The notes under the pieces are model-generated. The model searched no databases. It saw only the letters and a list, made by a program, of their open reading frames with translations, and was not told the origin of the DNA. Positions 39,867 through 50,829 of a stretch of 64,000 nucleotides of DNA are shown here, piece by piece (position 1 is the stretch's first letter; each line of letters starts with the position of its first letter). Source of the DNA: an uncultured Chloroflexia bacterium (lineage in GTDB: Bacteria; Chloroflexota; UBA6077; JACCZL01); contig CAVXYC010000025.1 in assembly GCA_963765765.1 (NCBI GenBank), positions 1-64,000 of the forward strand. Reading direction: 5' to 3'. The position numbers and the translations under genes are program-made.

Positions 39867-40760
39867 CTAATTATGCTCTCCTCCCGAGAGGATCGCTTCC
39901 AGCGCAAATTGGTCAGGTACTGGCGGTGGCGGAATCAGCGGAAGCTCGCGAGCCAGATCGAGCGCCGTGTCGACAAACGGCTGCGGGATGGCCGGGCTAT
40001 GGGCCGCGGCGATCGCTGTCAGGCCGAGTGCGCGGACGCGCTCGACGCTCGCCACGTAACGGTCCACGTCCACCATCCTGAGCCATGCCGACACAGCATT
40101 GTGCTCGACCATCGCCATCCCGTCACGCCAGAAGTCGAGGTCCAGGTCCGCGACGGTGGGCACGGGGTCGCCAGGGCACGGTACCGCAAAGCTGTCCACT
40201 GCCCAGTACACGCCCGAGCGGTGATCATAGAGTCCGCGCGTGGTCGGGGAGTCGAAATTCGGCGGGCGAACCGCGGTGAGTCGACGGTTGCCTGCGTCAA
40301 AGCTGTCTCCGTCGTTCACCCATCGCATGCGCTCGAGCGGCAGATTGAACGCATTGCCGATTCGCTCCACCATCGACCAAGTTGTGACCAGCGTGGCGTT
40401 TGGGCACAAGGAAAGCGCCTCGACCAGGTTGCCCGTATGGTCGTGATCGTCGTGCGAGAGATAGATCCAACGCACGTCCTTCGGCTCGACAATCCCGAAC
40501 ACGTCGTTCAGCCACTGGTGACGATTGGCCACTGTTCCGGTATCGACGATGATCGGCTCGTCACCAGCTATGACCAGGGAGTTCAGGTAGATGGACAATG
40601 GCGCGCCCAACGCGTGCGTCACGGAGTGAATGAGATACGTATCGGGTCCAATGTGCTGCGGCGCAACGCGCACGGGCGGCGGGGCGGGCATGAAGTCCTG
40701 CTCGCGAATCAAGGAGGCGAAGTCAATGTCCTGTGTCGGTCGGGCGATTGTCTGGGTCAT
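39867..40760 (-). CDS. Stand-alone MBL-fold protein, FprA/flavodiiron N-domain-like
   Basis: VDTG, SHDDHDHTGN, FDSPTT, WAVDSF, AAAHSP. Start at MTQTIAR. Confidence 0.85.
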   Translation of the reverse strand: MTQTIARPTQDIDFASLIREQDFMPAPPPVRVAPQHIGPDTYLIHSVTHALGAPLSIYLNSLVIAGDEPIIVDTGTVANRHQWLNDVFGIVEPKDVRWIYLSHDDHDHTGNLVEALSLCPNATLVTTWSMVERIGNAFNLPLERMRWVNDGDSFDAGNRRLTAVRPPNFDSPTTRGLYDHRSGVYWAVDSFAVPCPGDPVPTVADLDLDFWRDGMAMVEHNAVSAWLRMVDVDRYVASVERVRALGLTAIAAAHSPAIPQPFVDTALDLARELPLIPPPPVPDQFALEAILSGGEHN

Positions 40761-40774
40761 GGTCGTTCCTTCTA

Positions 40775-41059
40775 TTACGCGGAGAGTGACTCGACGTCGT
40801 CGAGGAGAAAGATGTCGGGCAGCTCGCTCACTCCAGCCTCCTGCATCACCGCGCGGAGGTTCTCGGACAGAGCAAAGCGCTTGGCCAGAGCGAGGTCTTC
40901 CCATTCGAAGAGGGCGACGACCTCGTTGCAGTTCTCAGGGCTGCGAAACAGCCGCCCGCCTTTGGAGCCGCTGGCCTCTCGCGTGGCCGCGTGCTCGTCA
41001 AATAGCCGCTTCCAGCGCTCAAAATCCTTGATCCTGTGGCGGATCAGCAAATATGGCAT
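40775..41059 (-). CDS. Small ferredoxin-fold (ABM/'cyclase'-like) protein
   Basis: RHRIKDFERWKRLFD...LFEWEDLALAKRF...AVMQEAGV, 14 bp upstream of the MBL gene. Confidence 0.75.
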   Translation of the reverse strand: MPYLLIRHRIKDFERWKRLFDEHAATREASGSKGGRLFRSPENCNEVVALFEWEDLALAKRFALSENLRAVMQEAGVSELPDIFLLDDVESLSA

Positions 41060-41289
41060 TCCGGCGTCATCTCCTTCCGTTTGCCTTCTTCAAGCAGATT
41101 AGGGCTCAGGCAGCCATGACGACTTCCGAGGAACCACGTAACTTTGAGCAGCCGACATCACGAGCGTTTGGCGGACCAGCTGGCGGAAACCACGTAGTGC
41201 TTTATTTGTAGAAAGCGGTGAGGTACCTCGCCGCTTTTGCGAGCTCCGTGAGGCAGATTGGGAGCCACGTTCCGACCACCGGGACCTTG

Positions 41290-42170
41290 GCACAACTGAA
41301 CCCGAACGCGGCCGGCATTGATGTGGGAGCGGCCAGCCACTGTGTGCGGTGCCGGCCGAGCGAGCCCCCGGAACCGGGAATTCGGCGCGTTCACCAGCGA
41401 TCTATATCGATTGGCCGAGTGGCTGCGGGCGTGCGGGATCGAGACGGTCGCCCTGGAATCGACCGGGGTGTACTGGATCCCCCTGTTCTAGGTGCTCGAG
41501 GCGCGCGGGTTCGAGGTCAAGCTGGTCGACACCCACCAGCTCAAGCGCGTCCCGGGGCGCAAGACCGACGTGCTGGACTCCAGTGGCTGCAGCAGTTGCA
41601 CAGCTTCGGGCTGCTGGCCGGCGCCTTTCGGCCCGACGATCAGATCTGTGTGCTGCGCAGCTACATGCGGCAGCGAGCGATGCTGGTGACGTACGCGAGT
41701 CAGCACGTCCAGCACCTGCAGAAGGGGCTGGTCAGATGAAGGCAGTTGGGCTGGTGCTGGAGGATATCACCGGGGCGACCGGCCTGCGCATCATCCGGGC
41801 AAAATCGCGTGAGTGGGGGCAAGGTGCTGCGGCATGGACAGTGCAAGCACTCGGCGGCCACCATTGCTCAGGCGTTGCAGGGGGACTGGCGCGAGGAGCA
41901 CCTGTTTGCGCTGGAGCAGGCGCTCGAATTGATCGAGGCCTATCAGTCCAAGATCGCTGCCTGCGATGCGTGGATTCAGGCCCACCTGCGGACGTTTGCC
42001 GATCGGAGTGAGGGCCAGCCGCCGCCGCAGGGGCCGCCACCGCGGGGCCGACCGCCACGACCTGAGCTTTGACGCGACCGCGGAGCTGCTTTCGACTGAC
42101 CGGCGTGGACCTGACCGCGATCACCGGATTCCAGGCGCATATCGTTCTGAAGGTGCTCAGCGAGACCCGC
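41290..42170 (+). mobile_element. IS110 family transposase pseudogene, 3'-truncated
   Basis: NAAGIDVG, VALESTGVYWIP, GRKTDVLD, LQQLHSFGLL, DITGATGLRII, LQGDWREEHLFAL. Contains an in-frame TAG and several frameshifts. Confidence 0.88.
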
Positions 42171-42184
42171 CTGATTCTTCCGAC

Positions 42185-42219
42185 TTGACGCATGCCGATA
42201 TAGGAATATAATTGCGTCA
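42185..42219 (+). promoter_or_regulatory. Promoter/operator of the ArsR cassette (probably leaderless)
   Basis: TTGACG, 16 bp spacer, TATAAT ending 6 bp before the ATG, flanked by the inverted repeat TGACGCA/TGCGTCA. Confidence 0.65.
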
Positions 42220-42560
42220 TGGCACGAGCAGCGACGACGTCGGACGTCTTCAACGCGATCGCCGAGCCGCAGCGCCGGGAGATCCTGGTGCTGCTGCGGG
42301 CGGGTGAGCGGCCGGTGACCGAGTTGGCCCAGGAGCTGAGGATGACCCAGCCGGGGGCGTCCAAACACCTGCGGGTGCTCCGGGAGGTCGGACTGGTGCG
42401 GGACCGCAAGGCAGGCAAGCAACGCGTGTACGGCCTTGACGCCGGCGGGCTGCGACCGGTTCACGAGTGGACCGGCGGGTTCGAGCGGTTCTGGAACGAG
42501 AGCTTCGACCGGCTGGACGCGTACGTGCAGGACCTCAAGCAGACACGGCAGGAGGAATGA
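42219..42560 (+). CDS. ArsR/SmtB family transcriptional regulator
   Basis: DVFNAIAEPQRREIL, SKHLRVLREVGLV. Confidence 0.93.
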   Translation: MARAATTSDVFNAIAEPQRREILVLLRAGERPVTELAQELRMTQPGASKHLRVLREVGLVRDRKAGKQRVYGLDAGGLRPVHEWTGGFERFWNESFDRLDAYVQDLKQTRQEE

Positions 42561-42563
42561 CCG

Positions 42564-43070
42564 ATGGCAGGGGCAAGGCAAGAAACGCGGTCGGAGCCGG
42601 CGACGGCCGACCGGGAGATCGTGATCTCCCGGGTCATCGACGCCCCGCGGGAGCTGGTGTTCGAGGCGTTCACCGAGGTGCGGCACCTGTCGCGGTGGTG
42701 GGGACCGGAGGGGTTCACCACCACCACGCGGGCGTTCGAGTTCCGCGTCGGCGGGGAGTGGGACTTCGTGATGCACGGACCGGACGGGACGGACTACCAG
42801 GAGTGGATCTCCTGGACCGAGATAGCCTCGCCGGAGCGGATCGCACTGCTCCACGGTGAGTTCCGCGGCGACCCGAACACCTTCGAGTCGGTCTTGACGT
42901 TCGTGCCCGACGGCGCGGCGACCCGGATCAAGATGCACACGGTGTTCCCCACCAAGGAGCAGCGCGACGAGGCGGTCGAGAAGTACCACGCGATCGAGGG
43001 CGGCCAGCAGACCCTGAGCAGCCTGGCTGCCTACGTCACCGAGATCGTTCGGAAGGGAGCTGAGGGCTGA
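42564..43070 (+). CDS. SRPBCC (AHSA1-like) domain protein
   Basis: REIVISRVIDAPRELVFEAFT, WWGPEGF, MHGPDG. Confidence 0.92.
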   Translation: MAGARQETRSEPATADREIVISRVIDAPRELVFEAFTEVRHLSRWWGPEGFTTTTRAFEFRVGGEWDFVMHGPDGTDYQEWISWTEIASPERIALLHGEFRGDPNTFESVLTFVPDGAATRIKMHTVFPTKEQRDEAVEKYHAIEGGQQTLSSLAAYVTEIVRKGAEG

Positions 43071-43735
43071 TGGCCGGAAAGGTGTTCTTCAGCGTGACGA
43101 TGTCGCTCGACGGCTTCATGGCGCCGGAGGCCGTGCCCGTCGAGGACGTCTTCTCGCCCGAAGGTCAGAAGGACCCGAGGGTCCAGCGCTGGATGACGAA
43201 GTGGTCGGAGCTGCAGGCGTGGGCGTTCCCGCAGCGGTTCTTCCGGGAGAACCTGAAGCTCGGCGAGGGCGGCGAGGAAGGGAGCGACAACGACATCGCG
43301 CGGGAGACGTTCAAGCGCACCGGCGCGAGCGTGATGGGCAAGCGCATGTTCGACCTCGGCGAGCTGGCATGGCCGGAGGAGGCGCCGTTCCACACGCCGG
43401 TCTTTGTCGTGACGCATGAGAAGCGTGACCCCTGGGAGCGGCCGGGTGGGACCACCTTCCACTTCGTCAACGACTGCATCGAGACCGCGCTCGACCAGGC
43501 CCGCGAGGCCGCCGGCGACCGAGACGTCCGCATCGCGGGCGGCGGCGCAACGATCCTGGAGTACGTGAACGCCGGCCTGATCGACGAGTTCTCGATCGCG
43601 CTCTCACCCGTGCTGTTCGGCTCCGGAATCCGCCTGTTCGAGGGCGTGGACGCGGGCCGCGTGGCCCTGGAGCCGGTCCGCGCGGAGCCGACGCAGCGGG
43701 TGACCCACCTGACCTACGCAGTCCGGGAGCGGTAA
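43070..43735 (+). CDS. Dihydrofolate reductase/RibD C-terminal family protein
   Basis: MSLDGFMA, VMGKRMF, IAGGG, LIDEF..SPVLFGSGIRLF. Confidence 0.92.
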   Translation: MAGKVFFSVTMSLDGFMAPEAVPVEDVFSPEGQKDPRVQRWMTKWSELQAWAFPQRFFRENLKLGEGGEEGSDNDIARETFKRTGASVMGKRMFDLGELAWPEEAPFHTPVFVVTHEKRDPWERPGGTTFHFVNDCIETALDQAREAAGDRDVRIAGGGATILEYVNAGLIDEFSIALSPVLFGSGIRLFEGVDAGRVALEPVRAEPTQRVTHLTYAVRER

Positions 43736-43884
43736 CTGTCTCGACCTCAGCGCTCCCCCGCCGAGGTCAGCAGCGCGGTGAGATCCCCGACGCTCTGAGC
43801 GTCAAGAAGGGCGAGCGTTCGGGCCGCGATCTCGGCCGCGCGTTCCTCCGGGAGGGACCTCACGGTGTTGTCGTGGAACTTCCT

Positions 43885-44134
43885 CGCCAGTTCAGGCTTC
43901 GCCAGCGAGTCACCAAGGGCCCCGGCTCCCGCGCCGCCGGTGTCGCGATGGCGTTCAAGCTCATCGAATCAGCACAGACCCGGTGGCGGGCCGTCAACGC
44001 ACCCCACCTCGTCGCGCTGGTCCGTGCCGGCGCGGTATTCAAGAACGGCAAGCTCATCGAACGACCCGACGGGTCAGAGGGTAGTGGTCAGCAAGTCGCG
44101 TGACACGCCGATCCACAGGTCGTGACTATTCCTC
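43885..44134 (+). mobile_element. IS256 family transposase C-terminal fragment with right end
   Basis: RLRQRVTKGPGSRAAGVAMAFKLIESAQTRWRAVNAPHLVALVRAGAVFKNG, followed by an IR-like GATCCACAGGTCGTGACTATTCCTC. Confidence 0.8.
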
Positions 44135-44355
44135 ACTCCTTAGGGATTGGCATCCCGCGAGGACTAGAAAAATCCCTGAACCCGTAGGGAAACAATTCCC
44201 CAAAGCTCTCCAGCGTGCTCTTTCCCCCGCCGCCTTGTGACAACGTTGCCACAAGGCGGCGAGCTAGCTCTGAGATGGCCTTTCAATGGGCAGACGAGCG
44301 CACCTGAGTAGATTGTCATCTGGCCTGCGCGGCCGGTCGTTTGGACTCAGAATTG

Positions 44356-44401
44356 TGGTGCCGGGGCCGGGATTCGAACCCGCATGGAAAAATCCAGCGG
44401 A
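44356..44401 (-). tRNA. 3' half of a tRNA-Leu-like gene (att-site remnant, not a full tRNA)
   Basis: Minus strand reads TCCGC-TGGATTTTTCCA-T-GCGGG-TTCGAAT-CCCGG-CCCCGGC-A-CCA: long variable arm, T loop, discriminator A and CCA. No intact D arm or 5' acceptor strand. Confidence 0.75.
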
Positions 44402-44595
44402 CATCCTGTCCGCACGCGGACCGCATCGGACCCAGGGCGGCGCTCCGCCAACGGACTGGGAAGTCCATCACTACCGGACGCCAAGCAGCTGCTGCCGGCC
44501 CTGACGGCACAGGATGACCGGAGCTTTCGCGGTCAGAGTAGTGAGCGGTCGCTGACGCGGTCGCCAAAGCGGCGATCCCTGGCTGCGCTCCGAAA

Positions 44596-47500
44596 TTACG
44601 CGGGTCGATTTAGCCCGTGCTGCAGCACGAACGCCGTGGCGTCCGCCTTTCCGCGGGCGTCAATCTTTCCGTACGCGTTGGTAATGTGACGCTCCACGGT
44701 GCGCACGCTGAGCACCAACACGTCCGCAATTTCAGCGTTCGTCTTCCCCGAGGCAATGAGCTGCAGCACCTCTACTTCGCGCTGGGTGAGGCCGGCGGGC
44801 CGTACCACCGGCCTGGCCTCCTGGCTCGAGGACGCACTCTCAGCCAGCCGATCGGAGGCGCGATCGGCGTGAGGCTCGGCGCCCAGCTCGCGGTATATGG
44901 TCGCGGCTCGCTCCAGGTGCTGCTCGGCTCGGCGCACATCCGCTGGGCTTCCTCGACGGAGTAGCATGTCGCCGTAGTCACGCTCTGTATGCGCGAGCTG
45001 GTAACGGTGTCCAATCGCCTCGTTCCGCTCCAGCGCGACCTGAAAGTGCCTCTCTGCCTGTGGCCAGGCTTCTTGCACCGCGGCCAATAGGCCGAGATAC
45101 CGAGACGCGGACCCCAGGCACATATCGCCCATCACGAATTGCCGCGCATAGGGCTGCAGGAGCGGGTAGATGTTGGCAGCCTCGTCCGCGTCCCGCAGAG
45201 CCGCGCAAATTTCTGCCAGTCGTGAGAAGACACGCAACGTAAGCCAGTGCCGAAGCAGTCCCTGGTATCCGAGCTTTAGTACCTCGGGAAACCGCTCCCG
45301 CGCGACATCCAGCCGCCCCAGGTCACAGTCCACCAGGACTGTGAAGATGCGCCAGATGGGCATCACTCGAGCGGGCCGGGTCAGCCTCCTCTCGCAGCCG
45401 GATGAGCAGCTCCAGATCTCCGCGGTCGCGCGCGGCATCCAGCTGCCAGGCAGTGAAAAGATTATTGAGATCAGGGCTCTGGACGGCTCGACTGAGAGTG
45501 AGCGCCTGCTGGAAATACCGGTCGGATTCCTGCACGGCCCCGCGCTCGTGTTCCAATGAGGCGTTCCAGGCGAGAGCCAGCGCGCGGTATCGCGGCTCGC
45601 GCAGCGCTTCGGCCCGCCGAAGGTACGGCTCGGACTCGGCTCGAGCCGTGGCGATGTCACCCAGTTCCACGAGCGATCGTAGCCGCCACAACTGACCTTC
45701 CAGGACTAGCTCTTCGTCACCGGCCGCCTCGGCACTCAGCATGAGATCGGTTGCAACCGCTAGCCGCCCCTCGGGGTCGTCTGGCCCCCACATGACGATT
45801 GATTTGACGCTAAGGCTGGCTGCGAGCGCACCGTTGTCGCCCACGGCACGCGCGAGGTCCACCGCTTCATCGGTAGCGCGCACAGCCTCATCCCGAACGT
45901 CGGCAAAGAGCTGCGCTCGCCCTAGCGCCGCGAGCACTCTAGCGCGAAGCGCGCTTGGCTGTTCACCCAGATACTTCAGCGCTTCTCGCTGCAGCGCGAT
46001 CGACGGATCGTTTGCCCCCAGACGCGGCGTTCCGGCCCCCAGAAGCGCGTCCTCGAACCCGAGAGCCGCACGTGCAAAGCGGTCTGAATCGACCGTTGAG
46101 CGTGCCACCCCGGCCGCCTCCCGGAATGCGTCCATGGCACCTTGATACTGGCCGGCGCGCCGGCGCGCGTCAGCGAGCTCGAGCAGCAGATCGCAGCGCT
46201 CATCGAGCGAGAGGCTGGCATCTCCAGCGGCTGCCAAGGCCAACTCCAGCAACTCCATGGCATCCTCGTAGGCCAGGAGCTGCACGGCGCGCCGGGCGGC
46301 GCGCTGGGCGTACTCGATGCCCTTCTGCGTCTGTTCTCGACCGCCGGACTGAAACAGGTGGTGAGCCAGCTCAGCCAAATGCGGCTCGGGGTACAGGATG
46401 TACAGACGCTCCATCGCCTCGGCCACCTGGCGATGGAGGCGCGTCCTGCGCGCTGCGTTGAGCTCTCGATAGAGAGTCTGTCGGATGAGCGTGTGGCCGA
46501 ATTGGAAACGGTCGCCTTCTTCTCGAATTAAGTCGGACTGCAGCGCTTCGTCCAGCGCGTCCAGCAGATCATCCGGCTGCAGCCCGGTCGCGGCCTGCAG
46601 GAGGTCGCAGCTGAATCCATCCCCTGCCACCGCCGCGACCTGCAGGAGCTGCCCAGCGGGCGGGCTGAGGCGCGACAGCCGCTTGCCAATGACCTGTCGA
46701 ATCCCGTCCGGAAATCCCCACCGGGCAGGATCCATTCGCTCGTCCACCACATCGTGACCTTCGCTCTGGAGGTGCCGGACGAGCTCAGTGAGAAAGTAAG
46801 GATTACCTTCTGTCTCTCGGTGAAGCGCCTCTGCGACGCCCGGTCCCGGCGCACTCCCGGCGAGGCGCTGGACCAGCTCCGCGGACTCCTCCAATGTGAG
46901 GGCGTCCAGCACGAATCGGGCGTGAATCGGCTCACGGCTGAGATCGGCCAGGAGATCCGTCAGTGGATGTCCTGGCGTGGCGTCAGCTCTACGATACACC
47001 CCTACCGTCAGCAGGCGACCTTCCGCTGCCCGTCGAGCCAGGTGGCGCAACAGCAAGAGAGTGGCCTGATCAGCCCATTGCAGATCGTCAAGCACGAACA
47101 GCGCGCCGCTCTGGGCATCCTTGGATAAGTTGAGCACGAAATCGCAGAAGCTCTCCCAGAGTCGGTACCGCTCGTGCTCCGGAGCGAGCGTCGGACTGTC
47201 GGCGAGTCGCGGCAAGCGACCCAGGACCTCCCGCGAGACAACCGCTACTTCGGGTGCTCCAGCCCCGAGCTGGGCTTCCAGCTCTGCCAATGGGCACTCT
47301 CGCACGTGCTCGCGAAGCGCCTCCGAGAACGGCAGATATGGAGGTGCTCCCTCGGCTTCGTAAGCACGCCCAAAGAACACCTTCCAGCCATCCTGGCGGG
47401 CCTGATGCGTCAGCTCTAGGGCGAGCCGGGTCTTGCCCACGCCGGGCTCGCCGGCGAGTAGCGCGACGCCTCCGCGCCCCTGTCCGGCCATGCCGAGGGC

Positions 47501-47620
47501 AGCCTGCAGCGCCGCGAGCTCACGTTCTCTACCGACAAACGGCATGGAGCTAGGTGCCACATCGCTCTCCAAAACCAGGCTGAGGCTGAGGAGATTAGCC
47601 GATTGCAGGGACCGTTGCAA
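44596..47620 (-). CDS. AAA-ATPase (STAND) plus TPR plus LuxR-HTH transcriptional regulator (frameshift near 45330)
   Basis: FVGRERE, GEPGVGKT, LDDLQWAD, TEGNPYF, and C-terminal LTQREVEVLQLIASGKTNAEIA...TVERHITN. Confidence 0.92.
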
Positions 47621-47659
47621 TAAGCCGATCTCACCGGCTCACATTGATGTAAAGCTGCT

Positions 47660-48138
47660 TTACAGCTCAACGTACATGACGTACATGTCACGGGTGTAGT
47701 GTGCGCCGACATCTTCGTAAAATGCCCGAGCCGCGGAATTTGGTGCATACACCGACCAGCTCATCTGTGCCCAGCCGCGCCTACGACCGATATCGGTTGC
47801 TGCCTCGAACAATGTTCGCCCCACGCCTGTCCGCCGTGCTCGTGCCCGCACGAACAGCTCAACAACGGACACGAACCGGCCTCCCGGTCGAGGTCGTACC
47901 CCGGCGTGTAGAGCAGATAGCCGACGGTGTCTCCGTCAAGCTCAGCTATCAAGCCGGTGAACGCTGGATCGTCACCGAAGCCGTCACGCAGGTACTCCTC
48001 GGCAGTCAAACTATGCGCTTTGGCGTCCCCAAGCGCGCGCAGGTAGTCCACGAACTCGCGCCCCATGTTCGCGACGGCTTCGGCATCCGAGGCAACGGCG
48101 GGTCGGATCGAGACCGCCATAGACATGCTCTCAGCCAT
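47660..48138 (-). CDS. GNAT family N-acetyltransferase (frameshift near 47875)
   Basis: IRPAVASD, VGYLLY, ELFVRARARRTGVGRTL, NSAARAFYEDVG. Confidence 0.85.
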
Positions 48139-48313
48139 CGGGCGCTTCGCGCGAAGTTTCGCGAGATGATACCGTCACGTGTCGCTACACGGACGGGTGC
48201 GCCACTCCAAAACTGGGAAATTAGGAATCGCCCTGCTCCCGGGATTCCAAATCTGTAGCGATGTGGCCGTGCGAGCGACCGATGCTTTCCGAAACGGGTT
48301 GCTTCAGCGAAGC

Positions 48314-49226
48314 CTATACGGCCGCGAGGCTTGCTGCTCTCGCCGCCTCATTTGCCGATTCGGGCAGCGGCACGTCTAGCGTCGTGACGCGGCGGAGCTC
48401 GCGCTTGTACTTCGTGTCGTCGTAGCGCAAACCCTTGTGCATGGTGGCCAGGTTGTCCCAGATCACCAGGTCGCCCACTCGCCAATGGTGCGTATACGTA
48501 AATCGCGGCTGAATGGCGTGCTCGATAAGATCTCGCAGAAGCAGACGACCCTCGGGTACGGGCCAATCGATGATCCGCGAGGCATGTGACGCGACGTAGA
48601 GCGAACGGCGGCCGGTACGCGGGTTCGTCCGTACCAACGGATGGATAGCGCCCTTGAGCGCCTCTTCCTCAGATTTCGAGAACTCGAACCCTAGCGTCTG
48701 GCGCGAATGAGCGATGGAGTGATGCGCACGCAGGTCGGCGATGAGCGCCTTCGTCTCATCATCGAGCGCATCGTACGCCGATTTCAGGTCTGCATAGGCA
48801 GTATCCGCCGGCACCGACGGTACCACGCGCGCGTGCAGCATGGAGTAGCGCCCCGGTGGGTCCTGAAAGGATGCGTCCGTGTGCCAGAGTCGGTTACCCA
48901 GCGAGTACATACGGCGTCGGTCGGACGAATCAAGAATCCGGCCGTCCTCGTCCAGGTTGGAGATGTCGCTCAGCGCCTCGTTTCCGAAGCGATTCTTACC
49001 CAGCACGGAGCTTCCGGTCTTGGCAGTGCAGCTCACCATCGAATCGTTGCGCCCACTCGAGCTGATCCTGGTCCGTAAATGGCTGGTCGTGAAACACCAA
49101 TACGCCGTAGCGGTCCATGCCCGCCCGCAGCTCCGCCAGCGTTTCTGCGTCATGCACGGCGCGCAGATCGATCGGGCCGACTTCGGCCATGAAGGTTGGA
49201 TGGAGCTGGCGGAATGTAACGGCCAC
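48314..49226 (-). CDS. TauD/TfdA family alpha-ketoglutarate dioxygenase (frameshift near 49030)
   Basis: LHPTFMAEV, WHTDASF (HxD), HPLVRTNPRTGR, WDNLATMH, LRRVT. GTG start with GGAGG. Confidence 0.9.
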
Positions 49227-49444
49227 GGCTGGCCTCCGAAGGTGTTTACTGCTGACACAATAAGTTGGCTGTGAAGCGAGTGTCAACCGTCGCGGACGTT
49301 CTCAGCGTAGTGGCGTCCTCTTGCGGGCGCGACCTGAGTCGCAATTCCTGATGCGATCGCAACAGGGAGTTCTAGGTGGCGCCCGCAAGGGGACGCCACT
49401 ACGTCGGGACAATAGAGTCTGGAGCGAGAAAGGAGCCAGGTCAC

Positions 49445-49822
49445 ATGCACGAGGATCGCATCGAAACGCTCCGAGAGTTATGCATGGCGTTGCCGGAGGT
49501 CACCGAGCGGTTGAGTCATGGCGAGCCGACATGGTTTGTCCGTGGTAAGAAGACCTTCGTCATGACGTCCAATCATCATCACGATGATCGCGTCGCGTTC
49601 TGGTGCGCCGCGCCGGAAGGTGCACAGGAGATTCTGGTTGAGTCGCGTCCGAATGAGTTCTTCCGCCCGCCCTATGTGGGTCATCGCGGATGGCTGGGCG
49701 TCTACCTGGATGTTCCTGTGGACTGGGATGAGCTGGCAGAGATTGTCACCGACGCGTACTGCCTCATCGCCCCCACAAAGCTAGCGGAACAAGCTGGAGA
49801 ACAGCGCCGCGTCGAGGGATGA
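49445..49822 (+). CDS. MmcQ/YjbR family DNA-binding protein
   Basis: LRELCMALPEV, SHGEPTWFV, FFRPPYVGHRGWLG, DAYCLIAP. Confidence 0.9.
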   Translation: MHEDRIETLRELCMALPEVTERLSHGEPTWFVRGKKTFVMTSNHHHDDRVAFWCAAPEGAQEILVESRPNEFFRPPYVGHRGWLGVYLDVPVDWDELAEIVTDAYCLIAPTKLAEQAGEQRRVEG

Positions 49823-49889
49823 GTAACGGACGGTGCCGAGCATTGCTCATCCCTCATCAGGCATGACTCATCACTTCGACTCAGTGCTC

Positions 49890-50260
49890 TGGCTGGTGCA
49901 CTAGCGCTCGGCCGCATCCCGGTTCTGACCAGCCAGGCGACTCCGAAACAGAACGTGCACGTCAATACGATCGCGCCGCGGCTGGAGACCTTCAGGTAGT
50001 ACGAGGCGTACAGGCCGACCAGCGCCGAGAACGCGGCAATCAACGCAGCGATGAGCATCATTCGGGGGAGTCGATTGGTCAGCAATCCGGCCGTCGCGGC
50101 CCGAGTCACCAGAAGCGCTCTCAGGAGTAGCGCGCCCACAAGCTGAATGGCCATCACGATAGTGAGCGCAACAGGAAGAGCAGACCGTAGCGCCCACGTC
50201 CGGTTGCAGGCCGATCGACTCGGCAAAGACCGGATTGAATGAGGTCAACTCCTCTGACGC
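49890..50260 (-). pseudogene. C-terminal fragment of a metal ABC-3 permease (ZnuB/MntB-like)
   Basis: SFNPVFAESIG, TIVMAIQLVGALL..ALLVT.AATA, GLYASYY..VSS.GAIVL. The N-terminal half is absent. Confidence 0.75.
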
Positions 50261-50601
50261 GGCGTATCGAAGCTCCAGCTCGCGCATCCGCACGCCAGAG
50301 AGTTGGTCACCGGTTTAGGAGGCTGATGGCAGTACGCGAGAAAAGGTAACTTCATGGCAGCAATGAGTCATACTGGAGTGATCGTCCGGAGCTCGGCGAA
50401 GCGGCGGGCGATTTGGCATTGGGGTGGGTGCTAGTAGACCTCGTCCTCAATATGGAGGTTGAGCGCGTCTCCGCTGAGGCCCGGCCCAACCGGGGTCACG
50501 ACTCAGAAACGTCGTCGCGGTTTTCCAGCTGCTCGCAGCACTGGACGTCGGACAATTCACCCACGATGCCCGGCCCAGAGCCTCACCGGGCATGGTCACC
50601 C

Positions 50602-50829
50602 TCAGTTCACCCGAGGCGCCGCACCGGCGTTGTACGGCTCCCAGTAATCCAACCAGTAGGTCCGGAAGTCGGCATAGCCACGCTCGCGGTACAGATGGCG
50701 CTCCTGAATCTCGGTCACGGCCCCCTTGATCTCGTCGTAGGTCTGCACTCGGCGCAAGAGCATCGCCTCAAGATCGCCCAACGTCCGTTCGTCACCGACA
50801 CCTGAAGTACTGGCCATGGATGACCTCAA
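50602..50829 (-). CDS. Small phage/element-type hypothetical protein
   Basis: YDEIKGAVTEIQERHLYRERGYADFRTYWLDYW resembles the I..xxLYR..Y.xF..Y...W helix seen in phage proteins (recalled, not searched). Confidence 0.5.
   Translation of the reverse strand: MRSSMASTSGVGDERTLGDLEAMLLRRVQTYDEIKGAVTEIQERHLYRERGYADFRTYWLDYWEPYNAGAAPRVN

Noticed and set aside
37386-41102. Long antisense ORFs (e.g. 37386-38261, 39873-41102)
   Set aside because: These are shadows of well-supported genes on the opposite strand, as expected in high-GC DNA.
44356-44450. Complete functional tRNA
   Set aside because: No canonical anticodon loop, D arm or 5' acceptor strand can be built upstream of the variable arm.
50265-50310. 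Tyrosine recombinase box I fragment (SGVRMRELELR)
   Set aside because: Only about 10 residues of resemblance, with no other integrase motifs nearby.
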